DNA of 15,541 bases from positions 1-15,541 of the forward strand of contig JBGGMM010000094.1 of NCBI GenBank assembly GCA_041288045.1, read 5' to 3'. The notes beneath the pieces are model-generated. The model saw nothing but the letters and a program-made list of their open reading frames with translations, was not told the DNA's origin and did not search any database. Within the stretch, counting starts at the first letter, position 1; each line of letters opens with the position of its first letter. The position numbers and the translations under genes are program-made. Positions 8,317 to 14,072 of the stretch are shown here, piece by piece. Source of the DNA: Pseudobdellovibrionaceae bacterium (GTDB lineage Bacteria > Bdellovibrionota > Bdellovibrionia > Bdellovibrionales > Bdellovibrionaceae).

Positions 8317-9504
8317 ATGGCAACAGTGAATACAGATAAAGTCAGTGGCGAAAAAGCAAAAGCTTTGGAATTGGCTGTATCGACAATTGAAAAACAATTT
8401 GGAAAAGGCTCCATCATGCGTTTGGGTGCAGAGGAAAATCTGCACAAGGACGTTGAAACCATCAGCACAGGCGCTCTCAGTTTGGATATCGCTCTGGGGA
8501 TCGGTGGTCTTCCGAAAGGCCGTATCGTCGAGGTCTTTGGCCCTGAATCATCTGGTAAAACAACAATCGCTTTGTCAGTGATCGCTCAAGCCCAGAAAAA
8601 AGGCGGAGTGGTTGCTTACGTCGACGCCGAACATGCTTTGGATGTGAACTACGCTCGCAAATTGGGTGTGAACACAGAAGACATGTTGATCTCTCAGCCT
8701 GATACTGGGGAACAAGCTCTGGAAATCACAGAGACTCTGGTTCGCTCTGGCGCGATTGACGTGCTGGTCATCGATTCTGTGGCGGCTTTAGTGCCACGTG
8801 CAGAGATCGAAGGCGAGATGGGCGACAGTCACATGGGTCTTCAAGCCCGTTTGATGTCACAGGCTCTTCGTAAGCTGACAGCAGCTATCAACCGTTCACA
8901 GACTCTGGTGATTTTCATCAATCAGATCCGTATGAAAATCGGTGTGATGTTCGGAAACCCTGAAACAACAACAGGCGGAAACGCTCTGAAGTTCTACTCT
9001 TCTGTTCGTTTGGATGTTCGCCGTGTCGGCGCCATCAAGAGCGGTGAAGATGTCACAGGAAACCGAACAGCTGTGAAAGTCGTGAAAAACAAAATGGCTC
9101 CTCCATTCACCAAAACAGAGTTTGATCTCATGTACGGTGAAGGGATTTCTCTGGAAGGTGACATTCTCGATCTGGGAGTGACTGCCAACATGATTGAAAA
9201 GTCAGGTGCATGGTTCAGTTACCAAGGAGAAAGAATGGGTCAAGGTCGCGATCAGGCAAAAGAATTCCTGAAAGCAAACCCTGCCATCACTCAAGAGATT
9301 CGCAAAAAGATTCTCGCTTCGCACGGAATCGGCAAGCTCCTGATGGATGCTCCCGTGACCGGTGCTGATGGATCTTTGGCGGACATCGAAGCCGAAGAAA
9401 CTGGAAAGCCAGCTGCAAAATCGGCAAAGGCCATTTCAGCTCCAGCAGCTTCTGCAAAAGAGTCGAAAGAGAAAGACACTGAAAAGAAGAAGACGAAGCA
9501 CTAA
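8317..9504 (+). CDS. recA: Recombinase RecA (395 aa, extended C-terminal tail)
   Basis: Motifs [48 protein letters not shown] and [34 protein letters not shown] lies upstream. Confidence 0.99.
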   Translation: MATVNTDKVSGEKAKALELAVSTIEKQFGKGSIMRLGAEENLHKDVETISTGALSLDIALGIGGLPKGRIVEVFGPESSGKTTIALSVIAQAQKKGGVVAYVDAEHALDVNYARKLGVNTEDMLISQPDTGEQALEITETLVRSGAIDVLVIDSVAALVPRAEIEGEMGDSHMGLQARLMSQALRKLTAAINRSQTLVIFINQIRMKIGVMFGNPETTTGGNALKFYSSVRLDVRRVGAIKSGEDVTGNRTAVKVVKNKMAPPFTKTEFDLMYGEGISLEGDILDLGVTANMIEKSGAWFSYQGERMGQGRDQAKEFLKANPAITQEIRKKILASHGIGKLLMDAPVTGADGSLADIEAEETGKPAAKSAKAISAPAASAKESKEKDTEKKKTKH

Positions 9505-9529
9505 GCTTGGTTTTCAAAGAATGAATTTC

Positions 9530-9561
9530 AAGGCGAGGTCTTCGGATCTCGCCTTTTTTTT
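9530..9561 (+). terminator. Rho-independent terminator of recA
   Basis: AAGGCGAGGTC-TTCG-GATCTCGCCTT stem with a cUUCGg tetraloop, running into a T8 tract (9554-9561), starting 25 nt after the recA stop. Confidence 0.92.
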
Positions 9562-9585
9562 GATGCGAACCTATGCTCTGGTTAT

Positions 9586-9788
9586 CGTACACCTATGGGT
9601 GTACGGAAACTTGAGTGCTTGTTAGTGGTCATGGGGTGTCTGCATCCATGCAATCGGGGCAGGCCTGCCCCGAACCCCCGGACTGCCGATCATCGTGATC
9701 GGCAGTTCAAATGGATGAGAACAATTCGACGAATAAATGCCGCAGCGTTTTCTGAACGCCGCTGTGTTTGCATTTTCTTTCATGGATG
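9586..9788. other. Cluster of hairpins/palindromes (candidate structured ncRNA or repeat-element remnant)
   Basis: CGTACACC-TATG-GGTGTACG (9586-9605); CATGGGGTG-TCTG-CATCCATG (9630-9650); perfect 20-bp palindrome TCGGGGCAGGCCTGCCCCGA (9654-9673); GGACTGCCGATCA-TCG-TGATCGGCAGTTC (9680-9708); AAATGCCGCAGCG...CGCTGTGTTTGCATTT (9735-9775). Confidence 0.55.
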
Positions 9789-9875
9789 TTCACGATCAGG
9801 CAAAGCCGCAAGCATCGCAAAAGAATCCGAAGGCCTCTCCATCTAATCCCAAAGTCCAGTTTCCACTCCGACGTC

Positions 9876-9903
9876 TCAAGCTGGAACGAAACAGGACCGA
9901 TAA
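9876..9903 (+). promoter_or_regulatory. Putative sigma28 (FliA) promoter
   Basis: TCAAG-N15-ACCGATAA, compared with the consensus TAAA-N15-GCCGATAA. It ends ~53 nt upstream of TTG 9957. Confidence 0.6.
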
Positions 9904-9913
9904 ACTTATGAGA

Positions 9914-9954
9914 GAGATCAGGAAGATCTCATAACAGCCACACATGGAGGTGTG
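9914..9954 (+). promoter_or_regulatory. Two GGA-loop hairpins in the 5' UTR (putative CsrA/RsmA sites), the second containing the SD
   Basis: GAGATC-AGGAA-GATCTC (9914-9930) and CACAC-ATGGAG-GTGTG (9939-9954). ACATGGAGGT (9942-9951) matches (A/U)CANGGANG(U/A). Confidence 0.55.
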
Positions 9955-9956
9955 AC

Positions 9957-10364
9957 TTGGATAAAATCAGCAGCATCCTTAAGGGGAATCCTCGGGTGAC
10001 GTCAGTGGATCTGAATGAAGCTCCGCCGGCACGACCTGGAGCTCCGGCCTTGGGTCGAAAAGCGGGTCGAAACACTGTTTTGGACCGTGTGACTCTCAGT
10101 GAAAAGGCTAAAGAAATTGCCGCTCAAGACACCTTGATGGTTCGGAATCCCAAAGAGGCTTCACGGGCGAAGATGGTTGAAGAGATCAATCGGAAATTTT
10201 TTGAAACTCGCTTAAAGCCAGTTGAAAAAGAAATGCCTCAAAGCGAGGAGATCGTCGATAACCTCTCAAATTCGTTTGAGACATCTTCTTTGCCACAAGA
10301 CGAGGTCGTTGCAGCTTATGAACCGAAGCCGGCATTGACGCCAAAATTATCAATTGAAGCTTAA
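9957..10364 (+). CDS. Hypothetical protein with FlgM-like motif
   Basis: 135-aa ORF with a TTG start 6 nt after GGAGG. Hydrophilic, disorder-like composition with a DRVTLSEKAKE motif. Its 3' end overlaps the convergent cpaF by 15 bp. Confidence 0.7.
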   Translation: MDKISSILKGNPRVTSVDLNEAPPARPGAPALGRKAGRNTVLDRVTLSEKAKEIAAQDTLMVRNPKEASRAKMVEEINRKFFETRLKPVEKEMPQSEEIVDNLSNSFETSSLPQDEVVAAYEPKPALTPKLSIEA

Positions 10365-11483
10365 AATTTCAGAGTCCTCTTGGAAAATCGGATCCAAGAG
10401 GACTCCTGTTTCTTCAACTGCGCTCAATTCATAAATGGATTTCAAGCGCCGTTCTCCCTTTTGATTTCTGCCAACCACTAAAATTCCATTTAAGCTCAAG
10501 CCCATCAATCGACGAATCGTCGCCAAACTCCAATGAGGCGCACCCAACTGCACCAGCATTTCCAATCGCAGAATAGCCTGATGAGCGGATGAAGCATGCA
10601 AAGTTCCCATGCTGCCTTGATGACCCGTCGATAGAGCCAACAAAAGATCCTTCGCTTCCGCACCTCGGACTTCGCCGACAACCAAACGATCCGGGCGCAT
10701 GCGCAGGGATTGGCGTAAAAGTTCAGTGAGATCCACCGTCGGTAACAGGCCATGACAATCCTGCCGAGTCAGAAGCTTCGTACTGGCTTGATTGGGAACC
10801 ACAATTTCAGAGGTGTCTTCTAAAACCACAATTCGCTCATTTTGGGGCAGAGCCTGTAAACAGGCGTTGAGTACGGACGTTTTCCCTGAACCTGTTTCGC
10901 CCACAACCAAAAAACTTTTTTTCTGGTGAAGCCAATCCTTCACAACGGAATACCCTCGCTCGGAAGTCCAACCCTGTGAAAGAAGCCGATCTAATGTCCA
11001 AGGATTCTTGTTTTGCCTTCGCAAAGTGAGAATAAAATCATTTTTCGTCAGCTCAGAGGAAACCAAGTGCAATCGAAAGTTGCGAAACCTTCCGTCACAA
11101 AAAGGTCTTTCAAGGCTCACCTGAACTTTGGATTCTTGACAAAGTCGTTCTATAAAATTTTGGAAAGTGAGTGAGCTGGCAAAGCGATCCGGCAGACGAT
11201 GGAGCTGTCCTTTTTTTTCATACCAGATTTCATCTAAGGAATTGACGATGATTTCCGTGACTTCCTCGTCGGCAAACAATTGTGAAAGTGGCCCATCGCC
11301 TTCGAACTCGTCCTGCAAACGGGTTTGAAGCTCTTGATCCATATTCTTGGCTTCATCGGCAATCAGTTGTGAAATCCGAACCGAGCTCTGTTGTTTTGAA
11401 TCCAAAGTTTGAAATCCAATGGTTTCAAGTGGAAGGCTTTGGATTTCAGTTTGGATTTTCAAGGCCTTTTGAAGGAAAGTCAT
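10350..11483 (-). CDS. cpaF: CpaF/TadA family (type IVb/Tad pilus) assembly ATPase
   Basis: GPLSQLFADEEVTEIIVN, Walker A GETGSGKT, LEDTSEI (Asp box), SLRMRPDRLVVGEVRGAEA (Walker B) and His box TGHQGSMGTLHA. Its ATG overlaps the secretin stop. Confidence 0.92.
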   Translation of the reverse strand: MTFLQKALKIQTEIQSLPLETIGFQTLDSKQQSSVRISQLIADEAKNMDQELQTRLQDEFEGDGPLSQLFADEEVTEIIVNSLDEIWYEKKGQLHRLPDRFASSLTFQNFIERLCQESKVQVSLERPFCDGRFRNFRLHLVSSELTKNDFILTLRRQNKNPWTLDRLLSQGWTSERGYSVVKDWLHQKKSFLVVGETGSGKTSVLNACLQALPQNERIVVLEDTSEIVVPNQASTKLLTRQDCHGLLPTVDLTELLRQSLRMRPDRLVVGEVRGAEAKDLLLALSTGHQGSMGTLHASSAHQAILRLEMLVQLGAPHWSLATIRRLMGLSLNGILVVGRNQKGERRLKSIYELSAVEETGVLLDPIFQEDSEILSFN

Positions 11484-12739
11484 TGATTCGCCTCCAACGT
11501 TCCAGGCGAGATGACTTCGGGCTTGACGAAAACAACGAGCTCGGTTCGATTGTCACGAAATTCTTTACTTGAAAAGAGTGCTCCCAAAACAGGGATTCTG
11601 GAAAGACCTGGTAATCCCGAGCTGCTCTCGGCTTGTTCACTTTTGATCAGACCAGAAAGAGCAATGAGTCTGGATTCAGTCAGATCGAAATGGCTTTGAA
11701 TGCGATTGGTGAAAAGGGCCGGGATCCCATCGACCTTTTGACTGCCGTCGATGCTGCTGACTTCTGTTTCAATTGAGATGCTCATTTTCCCTGAAAAATC
11801 CGCTTTTGGTTTGATTTTCAAAATGATTCCATATTTTTTCCAAACCACATCATGAACCTCGTAATTGAGAATTTTAATCGGAAACTCTCCACCAGCAAAA
11901 AAATTCGCCTCTTTGCCGCTTCGACAGAGAATATTGGGACTTGCAAGGACTTTCGCAATTCCATTTTTCTCCAGGAACTGCAGGCTGATTTCTTGGCGAT
12001 CTGATCCTGCCAGCTTTGGTAATACTTGGGCTGTGTAGGAAGATGGCCATTGAATCCCGTAATTGAGGGTTTCATCCTTGCGGACCTCAGCGACTGTGAT
12101 TTGAACTTTGATCAATGGTTCAAGGTCCAAATTTGAAGCTGTGTGGATTGGCTCAATCCCGAAGGCTTTTAGAACTTTCGTCACTCGTTGGGCGACTTCG
12201 CCGCCTTGGGAAACCAAGGCCTGAATCTGTTGGTCAAATAATAAATTTTGCGGAGGCAAACCATTTTGCTGAAATATCTGCGCGATTTTCTTTTGTGCTG
12301 TCGCTTTCAAAGTGGGCTGCATGCTTACTTCCATCGAGTATTCACAATCTCGTCCTCGGCAAGTTTGATAAAGAGTCTCCCAATCCGCCCAGCGGACCAA
12401 GTGGCCAGTCACTCGAACCCGGCCATTTTCCAGAGACATCGAAAGGTTGAGAGTTTTATGAACTGCTTTCTCAATCTGGCGCCAAGCCTTTTCTTGTGAA
12501 GGAGAAAGGACAGAAACTTCATAGGATTCAGAGCCGACTTTGAGCAAAGAGTTTCCTGGTTTCAATCCCTTGATAGAATAGCGGCTTCCCAGATCGCTCA
12601 ATCGAATCACTTTCGAATTTTCAACCCAGGCTCGTCCACGGGCTTGGACAGTTTTGGTTTCTCCCGGTTTTAAAGTCAGCTCCGCTCCCTTCGAAATATT
12701 TGAAAGAGACAATGCCAGTAAGAGCGAAAGAAAAACCAT
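11480..12739 (-). CDS. CpaC/RcpA-like Tad pilus secretin
   Basis: Signal peptide. Secretin motifs AKVLASPNILCRSGKEANFFAGGEFP, KKYGIILKIKP and LPGLSRIPVLGALFSSKEFRDNRTELVVFVKP. SD GGAGG upstream. Confidence 0.9.
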   Translation of the reverse strand: MVFLSLLLALSLSNISKGAELTLKPGETKTVQARGRAWVENSKVIRLSDLGSRYSIKGLKPGNSLLKVGSESYEVSVLSPSQEKAWRQIEKAVHKTLNLSMSLENGRVRVTGHLVRWADWETLYQTCRGRDCEYSMEVSMQPTLKATAQKKIAQIFQQNGLPPQNLLFDQQIQALVSQGGEVAQRVTKVLKAFGIEPIHTASNLDLEPLIKVQITVAEVRKDETLNYGIQWPSSYTAQVLPKLAGSDRQEISLQFLEKNGIAKVLASPNILCRSGKEANFFAGGEFPIKILNYEVHDVVWKKYGIILKIKPKADFSGKMSISIETEVSSIDGSQKVDGIPALFTNRIQSHFDLTESRLIALSGLIKSEQAESSSGLPGLSRIPVLGALFSSKEFRDNRTELVVFVKPEVISPGTLEANQ

Positions 12740-12848
12740 AATGACCTCCGAGCCGAAGCAAAAGCAAGACAGAGGCGGGATTCATAACAATTGCGCTGGG
12801 TCGGGTAGCCGATTTTAGGAAAGAGGCGTCCGGTTCGGATGTTGAATA

Positions 12849-13958
12849 TCAAAGACAGGGAAGTTCGAAGCTGACAGTCACCCCATCGGCCAGATTTTCA
12901 ATTTCAAGCTGGCTTCCGTGAGCTTTGAGAATCGCTTGGCAAACAGTGAGGCCAAGCCCCATCCCAATCGAATGATTCATGACGTCTTCATCGATGAAAA
13001 AGGGTTTGAGAATCTTATCGATTACCTGTGGTGAAATAAGAGAGCCTTCGTTGGAGACTGAAAAGCGAATTCGATGCGGAGAGATCATTTCGGATTTCAT
13101 TTGAATGACGGATCCTTCCCGTCCAAATTTCATCGCATTGTGAAGAAGACGCAGAAAAACTTGGCGAATCAGATTCTGGTCGGCGATCAATTTTGTCTCT
13201 TCGATCTGAAATTCCAAGGACTGGGACTTGCTTTTGAGAATTTTGGCAAGTGGAGGTGGCAAAGTGAAATCCATGGACTTTGTTTCAAAAGGCTGAGGTT
13301 TGGATTTCAGTGTTTTGGTTTCAGCTCCAACAACGATCAAGACATCATCAATCAGGCTTCGCAAACGCTCGGCACTTTTTTGCACTCGATCCAGACAAAG
13401 CGCTTGTTCTTCATTGAGATGAGTTTCTTTCAAAAGATCCGAAAAACTGATGATAGCCGTCAGCGGAGTTTTCAGTTCATGATTGATAAGGACCATGAAT
13501 TGGTTTTTTGCCTGATCCAATGTTTTCAATTCGGCGTAAGCATTTTCAAGTTCAATATTTTTTTGCGTCAGCTCACGCGACATCACAAAGCGTTCGATGG
13601 CTTGATCAACTGTGGCTTGAAGATCCACCGGATCCCATGGCTTTGTCAGGTAACGGGATATTTGTCCGGTATTCACTGCCGAGACAACTGACTCAATGTC
13701 CGTATAACCCGTCAAAAGAATGCGAATCGTGTCCGGAAACTTTTCAATGGTGCGAGAAAGAAATTCCACGCCAGTCATTTCAGGCATTCTTTGATCGGTG
13801 ATGATCAAAGCCACTGGACCTGGATGTTGGTCGAGAACCAGCAAAGCTTCTCTTCCAGAGGTGGCCTTAAGGACAGTGTATTTATGACGAAAGATCCGTT
13901 CAAGGGCTTGAACGTTATCGATTTCATCATCCACGCAAAGAATGGTCTGTTTCTGCAT
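12849..13958 (-). CDS. Hybrid response regulator / histidine kinase (REC-HisKA-HATPase_c), cytoplasmic
   Basis: N-terminal receiver domain (ILCVDDE, IITDQRMP, LLTGY, YLTKPW), H-box INHELKTPLTAI, N-box LLHNAMKF, F-box KPFF and G2 GMGLGL. No transmembrane segment is visible. Confidence 0.92.
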   Translation of the reverse strand: MQKQTILCVDDEIDNVQALERIFRHKYTVLKATSGREALLVLDQHPGPVALIITDQRMPEMTGVEFLSRTIEKFPDTIRILLTGYTDIESVVSAVNTGQISRYLTKPWDPVDLQATVDQAIERFVMSRELTQKNIELENAYAELKTLDQAKNQFMVLINHELKTPLTAIISFSDLLKETHLNEEQALCLDRVQKSAERLRSLIDDVLIVVGAETKTLKSKPQPFETKSMDFTLPPPLAKILKSKSQSLEFQIEETKLIADQNLIRQVFLRLLHNAMKFGREGSVIQMKSEMISPHRIRFSVSNEGSLISPQVIDKILKPFFIDEDVMNHSIGMGLGLTVCQAILKAHGSQLEIENLADGVTVSFELPCL

Positions 13959-13965
13959 CTGAATT

Positions 13966-13995
13966 AGTGTAAGATTGAAGTGAGTATCTACGCAA
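13966..13995 (-). promoter_or_regulatory. Putative sigma70-type promoter of the kinase gene (possibly leaderless)
   Basis: Minus strand reads TTGCGT-N18-TACACT-N7-ATG(13958), with no SD. Confidence 0.4.
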
Positions 13996-14013
13996 GATTT
14001 CTCGGGTTTAGCA

Positions 14014-14041
14014 TTAAGATTGAACCTCTTTTTGTCGATCA
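14014..14041 (+). promoter_or_regulatory. Putative sigma28 (FliA) promoter
   Basis: TTAAG-N15-GTCGATCA, with the same spacing as the 9876-9903 element. Confidence 0.5.
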
Positions 14042-14072
14042 GGATGATGGATAAGTGTTTGAGGAGTAAACA

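Noticed and set aside
3031..9528. 8-bp inverted repeat AAATTCAT (3031-3038) / ATGAATTT (9521-9528) near the inferred inversion ends
   Set aside because: Short and AT-rich, so plausible by chance. It does not extend, and there is no recombinase in the window, so it is not evidence of an active invertible switch.
9791..9850. GGCAAA...CGCAAA resembling a c-di-GMP-I riboswitch, and AAAGTCC resembling RNase P
   Set aside because: The GNRA-capped P2 stem, P3 receptor and P1 pairing cannot be built, and the other RNase P conserved regions are absent. An Infernal search would settle it.
9595..9934. Short ORFs 9595-9846 and 9737-9934 in the gap after recA
   Set aside because: No clear SD, no recognisable motifs and atypical composition. 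The region is better explained by secondary structure and the downstream promoter.
13074..13801. Plus-strand ORFs 13074-13691 and 13508-13801
   Set aside because: Antisense shadows of the histidine kinase.
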